In this document: one piece after another, positions 50,817 through 60,198 of the stretch
Numbering within the stretch: position 1 is the stretch's first letter
Layout of the letters: every line of letters begins with the position of its first letter
DNA from: an uncultured Nitrososphaerota archaeon
GTDB taxonomy: Archaea; Korarchaeota; Korarchaeia; Korarchaeales; Korarchaeaceae
Direction: 5' to 3'
Assembly: GCA_964618805.1 (NCBI GenBank)
Contig: CAZUBM010000006.1
Location: 22,831-83,028 of the forward strand
DNA: 60,198 nt
Translations under genes and position numbers: made by a program
The notes under the pieces: generated by a model
What the model was told of the DNA's origin: nothing
Database searches by the model: none
What the model saw: the letters and a program-made list of their open reading frames with translations, nothing else

Positions 50817-51232
50817 TCCTTTTGAATGTCTAACCCCTTTTCTCAGAGAATCTCTTACCTATTATTGGCAGAGTTCCGAACGATCCCTATGAGATGAGAA
50901 TTTTCACGAACAATCTTTATCGTACTAGTTCAGCACTCTATGGAGAGGAAATCCTACCATATGCAATCTTTCATGGGAAAACAAGATTGTGGTCCATACA
51001 AGAGGTTACTCATAGAATCGGATTGACAATGGTCCTAATTCTAGTCTTCATGCCTAAAAAGAAAAGATCTTGAGGTCTTGAGTTATTTGATGAGTGGTTT
51101 TGTACGGAGCAGATTAAGATGCAGTTATCCGATATTAGATTTATCTAAAGTAATAAATCAGGAGAGAGGAGAACAGTCTAGATCTTTTATACAAATTTTT
51201 AAGTTATAAAAAGAAAAGAGAAGTTAGCTAAG

Positions 51233-51772
51233 GTGGGAAAAGTGGGAAAGTCGACTCTTATTGCTGTTGTCATAATAATCATCCTTGTTGCCATAGGCGG
51301 GTTTTACAGCTATCAACAGATGACTAAACCTAAGAGTCCAACCGGGGAAGTTGTTCTGAAGGTTAAGGGGAAGATAACGAGAACCAATGTAGGTAATGAG
51401 TATCACTTTGATCTAGCCATGCTTGAGAAGATGATAGACACAGAGTTTGATTGGGAATGTCCGTGGTTTGGCAAATATCATTGGGAAGGAATATCTCTAG
51501 TTACACTTCTTAAGGAATTGGGTGTTCCTGATGACGCTAGGTACATCAAGTTCACTGCTAAGGACGGAGTAACTGCTGAATATCCGATAAGCATGCTGAA
51601 AGAGCATCCCAACATAATTCTAGCAATAAAAATGGACGGTGAATACATACCTGACGATAAAGTTGGTCCTCTGAGGGTTGTAATCCCTTATGATCAGTAT
51701 CCAGAACTTGAAGAGGATTATCCTCCATTCCCCTTCACAGTTGGATGGATTATAGAGGCAGAGGTTGGCTAA
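51233..51772 (+). CDS. Membrane-anchored small molybdopterin-binding (sulfite oxidase-fold) domain protein
   Basis: N-terminal TM, WEGISL..LL, F.AKDG, ILAIKMDG and GPLRVVIP motifs. Confidence 0.72.
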   Translation: MGKVGKSTLIAVVIIIILVAIGGFYSYQQMTKPKSPTGEVVLKVKGKITRTNVGNEYHFDLAMLEKMIDTEFDWECPWFGKYHWEGISLVTLLKELGVPDDARYIKFTAKDGVTAEYPISMLKEHPNIILAIKMDGEYIPDDKVGPLRVVIPYDQYPELEEDYPPFPFTVGWIIEAEVG

Positions 51773-51996
51773 TCTTTTCCTCCTTCTATTTTTTCTTTTT
51801 AACTTCTATCTAGTCTAGGACTCATAGAGGTTAGATCTTATTTTTACCGGGATTTATGTGTAATCTGATGCATCTCCAGTCTAACTCTTCGTTATATCAC
51901 TACAATATTCTCCTAGAGCGAGGGTTTGCATTAAACCCATAAAAATTTATCATTTGCCTGTGGTGTTGCCTATCGTAGGATCAAGTTATCTTCTTT

Positions 51997-53733
51997 ATGG
52001 AGGGGTTGGGGCTGGCAAAGGATGTGATTGTCGTTGATAAACTCACCTACTATTATCCTCATTCAGAGGAGCCAGCTCTCAAAGGAATTAATCTAAAGGT
52101 GAAACAAGGAGAAATAGTTACCATAATGGGACATACTGGGTGTGGGAAGAGTACTTTATGTCTGACCTTCAACGGGGTAATCCCTCACGCTATTGGAGGG
52201 GATCTTGAGGGAAAAGTGGTTATTGACGGTCTAGATGTTATGGAGCATGACATACCAGAGCTAGCTAGGAGGGTGGGCATGGTCTTCCAAGATCCAGAAA
52301 CCCAGTTATTTTCTGTTACAGTCAAGTCTGAAGTGGCGTTTGGTCCTGAGAACTTGATGCTCCCAAGGGAGGAAATAATAGAAAGGGTTGACTGGGCTCT
52401 TGAGGCTACAAGACTTAAAGGTTATGAGGAAAGAGCTCCCACAAAGCTTTCTGGAGGGGAAAAACAGCAAGTTGCCCTAGCAGCCGCCATGGCGATGAGG
52501 CCCAAGATATTAGTTTTAGATGAGCCTACATCAGAGCTTGATCCTGCAGGGACCAGGAAGATCTTCTCACTAATAAAGGAATTGAACGAGAGGTATGGAA
52601 TTACATTCGTCATAATAGAGCATAAAGAAGAAGCAGTTAGGCTCTCAGATAGGATAATTTTGATGAAGGATGGAAAAGTAATAGGAGAAGGAAGACCTCC
52701 AAGGGTTTTTTCTGAAATAGACTCTGTGAAAGAATCAAGGGTGAGGGTTCCTCAGATATCTCAGCTATTTTACAAACTGAAGGAAAGGGGTCTGGACATT
52801 GGAAGGCTTCCCTTATCAACAGAGGAAGCATATCGTATCCTGAAAGATCTTCTTAATAAAGAGAAGACAGAGGATCTCCCTGTAGAAGCAAGTAAAAAAG
52901 ATATTGAATCTCAACCAGTGATAAAAACCAAAGATCTGTTTTTTCAGTACAAAAACGGACCTGTAGCCCTTAAAAGGATAAATTTAGAGGTATATCAAGG
53001 GGAGTTTACTGCTATAATAGGTCAGAACGGGGCCGGGAAGACTACTCTCGCAAAACACTTCAATGGGCTCCTTAAACCAACGAAGGGAGAAGTAATAATA
53101 GACGGTATGAATACGAAAGACGCCCTCATCACGGATTTAGCTAAGACCGTTGGTTTCGTTTTTCAGAATCCAGATCATCAATTTTTCTCGTTTACCGTAG
53201 AGGAGGAAGTGGCATTTGGGCCAAGAAACTTAGGACTTAGTGAAGAGGAGGTTAAGAGCAGGGTTGATGAAGCTCTAAGGATGGCAGGGTTAGAGCAAAT
53301 GCGAAACAGACATCCATTCACCCTTAGCAGAGGGCAAAGGCAGAGATTGGCAGTAGCATCGGTTCTAGCGATGCATCCTAAGATCATAGTGCTCGATGAG
53401 CCCACCACAGGGCAAGATGAGGTTGCAATAAACCAGATTATGACCTTAGTAAACAAGTTGAGGAGAGAAGGAAGGACGATTCTGATGATAACCCATGATA
53501 TGTCTATAGTGACTAAATATGCAGAAAGGACGATTGTGCTATGCCAGGGAGAGGTGCTCTTAGATGGTCCGACTAGGGAAGTTTTTTCCCATCCAGAGAT
53601 ACTAGAGAAAAGCCACATTGAAATCCCTCCGATAATGAAGCTAGCTAGGATGTTGTCCGATTATGGAATTCCTAGCAATGTCCTTACGGTGGAGGAGATG
53701 TGTGATATAATAATGAGAAAGGCAGGTGGATGA
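51997..53733 (+). CDS. ecfA: ECF transporter fused double ATPase
   Basis: GHTGCGKST, GQNGAGKTT, LSGGEKQQ, LSRGQRQR and FQDP/FQNP motifs. Confidence 0.93.
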   Translation: MEGLGLAKDVIVVDKLTYYYPHSEEPALKGINLKVKQGEIVTIMGHTGCGKSTLCLTFNGVIPHAIGGDLEGKVVIDGLDVMEHDIPELARRVGMVFQDPETQLFSVTVKSEVAFGPENLMLPREEIIERVDWALEATRLKGYEERAPTKLSGGEKQQVALAAAMAMRPKILVLDEPTSELDPAGTRKIFSLIKELNERYGITFVIIEHKEEAVRLSDRIILMKDGKVIGEGRPPRVFSEIDSVKESRVRVPQISQLFYKLKERGLDIGRLPLSTEEAYRILKDLLNKEKTEDLPVEASKKDIESQPVIKTKDLFFQYKNGPVALKRINLEVYQGEFTAIIGQNGAGKTTLAKHFNGLLKPTKGEVIIDGMNTKDALITDLAKTVGFVFQNPDHQFFSFTVEEEVAFGPRNLGLSEEEVKSRVDEALRMAGLEQMRNRHPFTLSRGQRQRLAVASVLAMHPKIIVLDEPTTGQDEVAINQIMTLVNKLRREGRTILMITHDMSIVTKYAERTIVLCQGEVLLDGPTREVFSHPEILEKSHIEIPPIMKLARMLSDYGIPSNVLTVEEMCDIIMRKAGG

Positions 53734-54556
53734 GATGTCTCTTGTTCACTATTATCCCGGGGATTCTTTTTTTCACAAGTTAGATCCTAGAGTGAAGATG
53801 CTCTGGCTAGCCTGCATGTTCGTTTTATCCTTCATCTTCAACCATCCGTTACATCTAGGAGTTCTCTTCATTAGCGTCCTTTTCCTCTGGATATACATGA
53901 AGATCCCCTTCTCAGAGTTAAAGCTCTTCTTCAAGGCTCTTACAATAGTGGCGATAGTTACCTTCTTCTTTCAACTTCTCTTCTACCCAGGAGAACACGC
54001 TATCGTATCCTTCTCCATCCCTAGGTGGATTCCTTACTTCGGAGGAGTCACCGCTATAACGGTTGAGGGTCTTGTAAACGGAATAGCCATGGTCCTGAGG
54101 CTATTCATAATCGTACTTACAATGCCAGTGATAACGATGTCCACCTCCCTAGAGCATCTCATCATAGGCCTGATAAGGATGGGAATGCCCTATGAAATAG
54201 CCTTTGCAGCTACAACCGCCTTAAACCTAGTTCCAGTACTTCAGTCAGATGCTCTGAAGATAATAGATGCCCAGAAGGCTAGGGCTTTTACAGCATTGGA
54301 GAGGGGGAGTTTTAAAGATAAAATAAAGGCTTACGTCCCGCTAATTGTCCCTCTTATGGTTGGCTCCCTTAAGAAGGGTCAACAACTTGAGGTTGCCATG
54401 GAGTCAAGGGCATTTGGAGCGTATGAGAGTAGGACCTACCTAACAGAGATAAGAATGCGATCCATAGATTATGTTTTTGCCGCATTCTTCGTTATTATTA
54501 CGATTCTCTGCCTTGCCTTGAGAATCTTGAAAGGATTCGGGGCTTTCAGATTGTAA
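53726..54556 (+). CDS. ecfT: ECF transporter T component
   Basis: HKLDPRVK, DAQKAR and AMESRAF motifs. Confidence 0.92.
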   Translation: MDEMSLVHYYPGDSFFHKLDPRVKMLWLACMFVLSFIFNHPLHLGVLFISVLFLWIYMKIPFSELKLFFKALTIVAIVTFFFQLLFYPGEHAIVSFSIPRWIPYFGGVTAITVEGLVNGIAMVLRLFIIVLTMPVITMSTSLEHLIIGLIRMGMPYEIAFAATTALNLVPVLQSDALKIIDAQKARAFTALERGSFKDKIKAYVPLIVPLMVGSLKKGQQLEVAMESRAFGAYESRTYLTEIRMRSIDYVFAAFFVIITILCLALRILKGFGAFRL

Positions 54557-54596
54557 GACTTATTAGTTTTCGCTTGGTTCCTCTATAGGTGACTGA

Positions 54597-55337
54597 ATGG
54601 TTAAAAGAAGAGGTAGAATAGCGGGAGTTCATGTGGCTTACATAGCGATTTCGGCAGCTGTTGTCACTGCTGCCGCTTACATACCGATGTTTCCGGTTAT
54701 AGGAGCTGGCTCTATGATGAGCGCTGGTATGATAGTCGTTCCGTTGGTCGGGATATTGTTAGGCCCGACAGCAGGAACTTTGGCGGTAGCGATAGGGGCT
54801 TTTCTGGGGCAGATAGTGGCTCCTTATGGAGCCATCTTTGGCTTAATAACGTTCTTGTGCCCTATGACTAACGCCTTTGTAGCCAGCCTGTTAGCATTTA
54901 GGAAGTGGAAAGAGGGAGTTTGCGCATTAGGGCTTACGATATTGATGTGGTATGTGATTACCAGCATTAAATGGGCTGGAGATCCTTACGCCTCAGTAAG
55001 GTGGTATTTTCCCTTCTTACATCTGGCCTCGTTTGCTTCCCTTCTGATCATGAGGGGTAAGATTGGTGAGTGGATTGAAGGCCTTGATCCAAAGAAAGTT
55101 CCTATAGGAATATTTCTGTCCGCGTTGGCCGGTTTATTGGCTGAGCACATGGTTGGAAACGCTATATATGTGGGAATATATTCAGGCCCAGCCAGGGTAT
55201 ATGCGTTTGTCCTTTCCATCTATTGGATTGAGAGGCTACTCGGAGCTATTGGAGCGACGCTTGTCGGAACCCCCTTGCTTATAGCTCTATACAAGGCTAG
55301 GGTAGAAATTGGGCCCTGGTCCCTAAGAGAAGGTTGA
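54597..55337 (+). CDS. ECF S component
   Basis: PLVGILLGP..G..A..IG helix pattern, in an operon with ecfA/ecfT. Confidence 0.8.
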   Translation: MVKRRGRIAGVHVAYIAISAAVVTAAAYIPMFPVIGAGSMMSAGMIVVPLVGILLGPTAGTLAVAIGAFLGQIVAPYGAIFGLITFLCPMTNAFVASLLAFRKWKEGVCALGLTILMWYVITSIKWAGDPYASVRWYFPFLHLASFASLLIMRGKIGEWIEGLDPKKVPIGIFLSALAGLLAEHMVGNAIYVGIYSGPARVYAFVLSIYWIERLLGAIGATLVGTPLLIALYKARVEIGPWSLREG

Positions 55338-55358
55338 GTTGTGGCAGGTTAAACTAAA

Positions 55359-56378
55359 TTGGATGTTATAAAGGGCATTTACGAGAAAGCTCTCGGTAGT
55401 CTCGCTGCCTTAGCGATAGGAGATGCAATGGGCATGCCAGTTGAAATGCTTTCATTGGAGGAGATAAAGGAGATATTTGGTGTAATAGAGGGGCTCGAGA
55501 AACCTCCTTCATGGCACATCCACAGTTCGTTTCCGCCTGGAAGGGTTACCGACGACACAGAGTTAACTCTGCTCCTAGCAAATGCAATCATTAGAACAGG
55601 TGGAGATTTAAAGGCTGAAGACTTCGCCGTTGAGCTGCGAAAGTGGGCAAAAAGTGGGGCATTCAACCTTGACTACATCGGACCAGCCACTAGAAAAGCT
55701 CTGAAGAAGTTAGTCAGGGGGGTTCCCCCAAGAGAGTCTGGAGGGAGGGGGAGTACTTGTGGAGCGGCAATTAGGGTATCTCCCGTAGGCATAGTAAACG
55801 CGTGCAATTTTAAGGCTGCTGCTTTGATGGCTGTTGAATCATCTCTTCCTACTCATGGAGGTAAACCTGCGTTAGCAGGGGCCTCAGCAATAGCCTCGGC
55901 CATAGCTGAAGCTATGAGAGAAGGAAGTACAGTGGATTCTATCGTCAGAGCTGCTATTTTAGGATCTAAAATTGGAGAGAAGTTTGGAAGACCAGTTCCT
56001 TCAGCATCAGTATCAAAGAGAATTGAGCTTGCTGCAAGTATCTCTAATAAAATAGATGATCCTGAAAAAGCTTCCCTAGAAATACGGGATATAATAGGCA
56101 CAGGTATGGAAACCGCAGAGGCTGTACCAGCTGCTATTGGGATCTTCATCGCCAGCAGAGGAGATCCAATGAAGGCCATACACCTAGCGGTGAACTTAGG
56201 AGGGGACACTGATTCCGTGGCATCTATGGCTGGAGCGATCTCTGGTGCGTGGAAAGGGATTCAAGCAGTGGACAGGAAGATACTTAAAGAAGTTGAGGAT
56301 GTAAATGGTCTTAATCTGGATGATTTGGCAATGAAACTAACGAATATAGCTTTAAAAAAAGCTAAAGAAGTGATCTAA
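55359..56378 (+). CDS. ADP-ribosylglycohydrolase-family protein (DraG/YegU-like)
   Basis: AIGDAMGMP, TDDTE, GAAIR, PTH and GGDTDSVASMAGA motifs. Confidence 0.92.
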   Translation: MDVIKGIYEKALGSLAALAIGDAMGMPVEMLSLEEIKEIFGVIEGLEKPPSWHIHSSFPPGRVTDDTELTLLLANAIIRTGGDLKAEDFAVELRKWAKSGAFNLDYIGPATRKALKKLVRGVPPRESGGRGSTCGAAIRVSPVGIVNACNFKAAALMAVESSLPTHGGKPALAGASAIASAIAEAMREGSTVDSIVRAAILGSKIGEKFGRPVPSASVSKRIELAASISNKIDDPEKASLEIRDIIGTGMETAEAVPAAIGIFIASRGDPMKAIHLAVNLGGDTDSVASMAGAISGAWKGIQAVDRKILKEVEDVNGLNLDDLAMKLTNIALKKAKEVI

Positions 56379-56392
56379 AGTAGAATACTCTG

Positions 56393-57118
56393 TTAACTTT
56401 TCCCATGTATGAGTTTAGCTAACGATTTAACGACAGTTTCTGGATTCTCCCTCTGCCAAATGTTCCTTCCAAATGCTATTCCTCGAGCTCCAGCATCAAG
56501 CGCTTCCTTTACCATCGAAAAGAGTTTTTCATCGCTTTCGATCTTCGGACCGCCAAGTATGACAATCGGTATTGGGCAAGATTCCACCACTTTAGCGAAG
56601 GATCTCTTATCTCCTGTGTAGAATGTCTTAACGAAGTCTGCTCCAGCTTCAGCTGCTATACGTGAGACTTTTGCAATTATCTCTGCGTTATACCTATCCT
56701 TTGTCTTTGGGTACATCTCGGCCATGAGTGGAAGACCCCATTCCTCGCATATTATGGCCAACTCGCACAAGGAGTTGATGTTCTCAACTTCTTCGGGCAC
56801 ATGCGTGAATACCATAATCTTGATCGCATCCGCTCCAAGTCTAATGGCCTCCTTCACAACTTCCTCATAATCAACTAGTCCACTACTAATGCTCATTATA
56901 GTCGAGACCTTACCTGCCACTTCTGAGGACGCCATCCTTAGAATTCCTGGGTTTAGCATGAGGGCATCTGCTCCTCCTTTTATCACCCTTCCAATAGTTC
57001 TTATAGGATTCTCTATGCCAGGTAAAGGACCAAGCGCTATGCCGTGATCCATGGCTACTATTAGAGTTCTTCCATCCTCCCTAAAGATCCTCCCTAACCT
57101 TATCTCTTTTCCCGCCAA
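56393..57118 (-). CDS. Class I aldolase (close paralogue of 37970-38716)
   Basis: Same motifs, with long identical peptide stretches. Confidence 0.9.
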   Translation of the reverse strand: MAGKEIRLGRIFREDGRTLIVAMDHGIALGPLPGIENPIRTIGRVIKGGADALMLNPGILRMASSEVAGKVSTIMSISSGLVDYEEVVKEAIRLGADAIKIMVFTHVPEEVENINSLCELAIICEEWGLPLMAEMYPKTKDRYNAEIIAKVSRIAAEAGADFVKTFYTGDKRSFAKVVESCPIPIVILGGPKIESDEKLFSMVKEALDAGARGIAFGRNIWQRENPETVVKSLAKLIHGKS

Positions 57119-57232
57119 CCTATCACCTGAATAGTTAAGCCTTAGTTATTTTTAGCCTTCGCCCTCTCCTTCTGGATAGTCAAGAAAAGCCCTGGGGCTA
57201 TTTTTAGTTTACAGTTCATAGTACAATCTTAA

Positions 57233-58633
57233 CTAAGAAAGAGCTTGTAGATCTGATTCTTTTATAGGTTCTCTAGGCTTCCTGTACTCATCGAGTTTGC
57301 TTAATTTCTCCTCAGCGATCTTCATTACCTTCCTTAGGAGTTCTTCCTCATCTATTGTTAGAAGCTTGCCATGACTCATGACAATCCTTCCACCTACAAT
57401 TACGGTGTCGACATCGCTTCCCTTTGCACAATAAACTAGTGTTCGGAATATGTCTGATAATGGCTGAATGTGAGGTTTCATAAGATTCACGAGAATGATA
57501 TCTGCCTTTTTTCCAGGCTCTATTGATCCTATTTCCTTGTCCATACCGAGAACCTTGGCTCCTAACTTAGTTGCCATCATCATCACGTCAGTGGCTGAGA
57601 TCATCGAGGGATCAAGGGAAGAGACTTTGTGGAGGAGTGCGGCCGTTCTCATCTCCTCAAACATGTCCAGGTTGTCGTTGCTAGCTGGTCCATCTGTTGC
57701 TAAGCCAACTGGGATTTTAAGATTGAGCATTTTCTTGACAGGAGCGACTCCAGATGCTAATTTCATGTTGCTCTCTGGATTATGGGATACTCCTGCATTT
57801 TTCTCCTTTAGGATCCTGATCTCCTTATCGTCAAGCCAAATACAATGGACAGCAACGAATGGATGGACATCTAATAGGCCTAAGCTATTTATATACTCAA
57901 GAGGGCCCATGCCAGCCCTTTGCTTTATGTAATCGACTTCGTATCTTGTCTCACCCACATGAATGTGAATGCCAACTCCGTGCTTTTCTGCGATCTCCAC
58001 TATCTTTTTAAGCAAGCCCCTCGAGCAGCAGAAAGGCGTGGAAGGAGCTAGCATGAAAGATATCTTATCTTTCTCTCCATATTTTTTAATGAGATTCTCA
58101 CTTCTCTTAAGAGCCCACTCAGTGGGCAATATTATGTCCCTTCTTATCCATTTATCAGCCAAAGTCAGGGCATATACTCCCCTTATTCCTGCATTTTTCA
58201 AGGCCCTTATCACAGCAGGACCCTGAATAACTCCTTCCATAGCTACTATGGTCGTAGTTCCGGATTTTAGGGCTTCAACACAGGAGAGCAAGGTGCTGTA
58301 ATAAACCAGCCTATCATCTCCTCCTATAGCGTCTTCTAAGGCCATCCTGCAAAAGGGGTACAGCACCTCTTCACACCAATCGACTAGAGGAGCCGTGTCA
58401 ACCATCCCCCTCAGAAAGCTCTGGTAAAGATGGGAATGTGTGTTTATTAGGCCCGGAAGGACCGCCATCCCAGATGCATCTATCACTTTTTCTGGAGAGC
58501 ATTCTTCCTCAACTTCCTTGCTCTTACCAATTAGCCTTATCCTATTCCCTTCAATATAGACCGCACCATTGGAGATAACGCCATACTTACTCATGGTTAC
58601 GAGCAGACCATTTTTTATTAGGATATTGTTCAT
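57233..58633 (-). CDS. MTA/SAH-deaminase-like amidohydrolase (MtaD family)
   Basis: PGLINTHSH, HIHVGET, HNPESNMKLASG and TDGPASND motifs. Confidence 0.9.
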   Translation of the reverse strand: MNNILIKNGLLVTMSKYGVISNGAVYIEGNRIRLIGKSKEVEEECSPEKVIDASGMAVLPGLINTHSHLYQSFLRGMVDTAPLVDWCEEVLYPFCRMALEDAIGGDDRLVYYSTLLSCVEALKSGTTTIVAMEGVIQGPAVIRALKNAGIRGVYALTLADKWIRRDIILPTEWALKRSENLIKKYGEKDKISFMLAPSTPFCCSRGLLKKIVEIAEKHGVGIHIHVGETRYEVDYIKQRAGMGPLEYINSLGLLDVHPFVAVHCIWLDDKEIRILKEKNAGVSHNPESNMKLASGVAPVKKMLNLKIPVGLATDGPASNDNLDMFEEMRTAALLHKVSSLDPSMISATDVMMMATKLGAKVLGMDKEIGSIEPGKKADIILVNLMKPHIQPLSDIFRTLVYCAKGSDVDTVIVGGRIVMSHGKLLTIDEEELLRKVMKIAEEKLSKLDEYRKPREPIKESDLQALS

Positions 58634-58862
58634 CTTCCCCTCAAAATCGTGAAAAGACAAATATTTATCCCTTAGGAAAATTGCTATGTAGCGTTTCTTA
58701 TACGAATCATCATTATGAATTGGTAAGAATTATGTTGGAAGGCAGATTAGCTGAAAAGATCGGAGACGATGTTGTCAGAATCCAGAGGAGCTGGATAAGA
58801 ATAGTTGAAGAGAATAGAGGTAAGAATACGATGTGATAAACAGATATTCTGAATCCAATTTT

Positions 58863-59909
58863 TTACCATGGGCTTGAAAGCAATTTTTCTAAAATGTTGT
58901 CGTGAACTCTCCCAGCTCTGTACATCCTTCCAGTCCTAGTATCATACAAGCATACCTCGGCCATAATGAAGCCGTAACCCTCTTTTGCAAGTCTTATCAG
59001 GTCATATTCTGGATCTATGTACTTCTTCTCAACAACTGCTAGTTGATAGAATGATTTGCCGAAGGAATTTGGGTTATTTTCAATAACTGTTTCCTCCACA
59101 ATCTTCTGAAGATCCTCTCCCTCTCTTGAACTAATCCAAGCATGCAATACACCACCATGCCTTATCATATCATCAGCCCAAGGGCAAGGTTCTGTAAATA
59201 CTCTAGGTGATACAGGGGCTATCGGTGTTATCGTCATCATAGCTTCTATTCTATCGTAGGAGATGCCGTAATACTCAGTCAATCTCCAAAATCCATCTTC
59301 CATCGTCCGAGCAGAGACCTGTACGGAGCCTACTATCGAGTTTGTAGGTGTGACTATGAGATAGAGATTCTCTGGACTCACTCCACAGGCGCTTGCTAAT
59401 TTTTCTGTAACAGCTTCATCTGGGAGATCTTTGCCACGAGGCTGGACTAATAGCACGGCAACGTTCCCCTCATCTTTATAGTCCAGCTTGGCATATACTT
59501 TCTCTGGCTTCTGCCTTAAGGCCTTTCCAGGTCCCGATACCCATGCAGTATACTCATTCACTTCCACATGAGGCGGATGTACTACCTCGGGCCAAACGTA
59601 GTAAGATATTCCGATTATAGCAGGAAGATCAGTGTAGGCAACGATAGCTGGCAGATATATGCTACCGTACTTAGCCATGATTACTTTTGCTTCACCAAAT
59701 CCGCATAGTGCAGCCCTTGTCACATACTCTGCTGCCTTAAATCCTCCTTTCACATTAACTCCAGTATCTATAACTGTTACGTGATTCCTAAGTTCGAGAA
59801 CATCTATATCTAGTGAATCCTTCTTTTTCATCATTTCCTTGACCACTTTGAGGGATTGCTCGTTAACACTTATTCCTCTTAGACGCCTGATTAAGACTTT
59901 TTCAGACAT
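58863..59909 (-). CDS. mch: Methenyl-H4MPT cyclohydrolase-like protein (divergent)
   Basis: ISVNE, IDTGVNVKGG, SGPGKAL..KP, PTNSIVGSVQVSAR..E, PIAP and D.RTG..Y.AG motifs. Confidence 0.75.
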   Translation of the reverse strand: MSEKVLIRRLRGISVNEQSLKVVKEMMKKKDSLDIDVLELRNHVTVIDTGVNVKGGFKAAEYVTRAALCGFGEAKVIMAKYGSIYLPAIVAYTDLPAIIGISYYVWPEVVHPPHVEVNEYTAWVSGPGKALRQKPEKVYAKLDYKDEGNVAVLLVQPRGKDLPDEAVTEKLASACGVSPENLYLIVTPTNSIVGSVQVSARTMEDGFWRLTEYYGISYDRIEAMMTITPIAPVSPRVFTEPCPWADDMIRHGGVLHAWISSREGEDLQKIVEETVIENNPNSFGKSFYQLAVVEKKYIDPEYDLIRLAKEGYGFIMAEVCLYDTRTGRMYRAGRVHDNILEKLLSSPW

Positions 59910-60057
59910 ATCACCACCTGAACCAACTACAAAATGAATAACTTTAACCTTTTGTTAGATTTAGAGATCTGTAATTGTTCAAATCCCTTCAGGCCATGTG
60001 TATATCTGACATCTATCTTGATTAACACTCTCCTAGTCGCTCGAAACTCTGTCATAC

Positions 60058-60120
60058 CTCGGTAAAGTCTAGTCCTATCCCAACACGATTTACTCCTACT
60101 AAGTTAACCACATAGTCAAT
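60058..60120 (-). pseudogene. Fragment of a membrane dipeptidase (peptidase M19)
   Basis: IDYVVNLVGVNRVGIGLDFTE, followed shortly by a stop. Confidence 0.65.
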
Positions 60121-60198
60121 CGGTCGAGGATTGCAGTGAGAGACCATAACTGGGTGTTTGAGAGTTCTATAGCCTTATTGCGGAGTTAATTATATTAA

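Noticed and set aside
22699-58226. Antisense ORFs overlapping long genes (e.g. 29147-29743, 37347-37820, 53178-53618, 57495-57932)
   Set aside because: Ser/Pro/Ile-rich shadow frames of well-supported genes on the other strand.
1-60198. cas genes, integrases, intact transposases, tRNA or rRNA genes
   Set aside because: None recognised in the sequence or the ORF track.

Overview
Archaeal, probably thermophilic, genomic window. The taxonomy is inferred from gene content (tungsten AORs, Mch homologue, archaeal PIN/MNT systems) and cannot be fixed from sequence alone. It has three parts. (1) 19-4576: the distal part of a CRISPR array, 61 copies of a 37-bp repeat and 60 spacers. The leader lies off-window to the left and no cas genes are in the window. 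(2) ~4.9-19.2 kb: a defence and decay island with six toxin-antitoxin pairs, an AAA_14 ATPase, an IS200/IS605 (TnpB) right-end remnant and many gene fragments. Degenerate CRISPR-like repeats that differ from the main repeat are scattered between the TA operons, as solitary copies and mini-arrays. This is the best candidate for an undescribed system. (3) ~19.4-60 kb: a large catabolic region with a PreA-like flavoprotein coupled to a W-AOR and ferredoxin, a second AOR, cyclic amidohydrolase and deaminases, PfkB/FGGY kinases, Zn dehydrogenases, two class I aldolases, two ECF transporters, an AsfAB/AprAB-like pair, an ADP-ribosylglycohydrolase-family protein and a divergent Mch. A ~10 kb sub-island is bracketed by an imperfect direct repeat. 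All product calls come from motif recognition by eye; no database searches were run.
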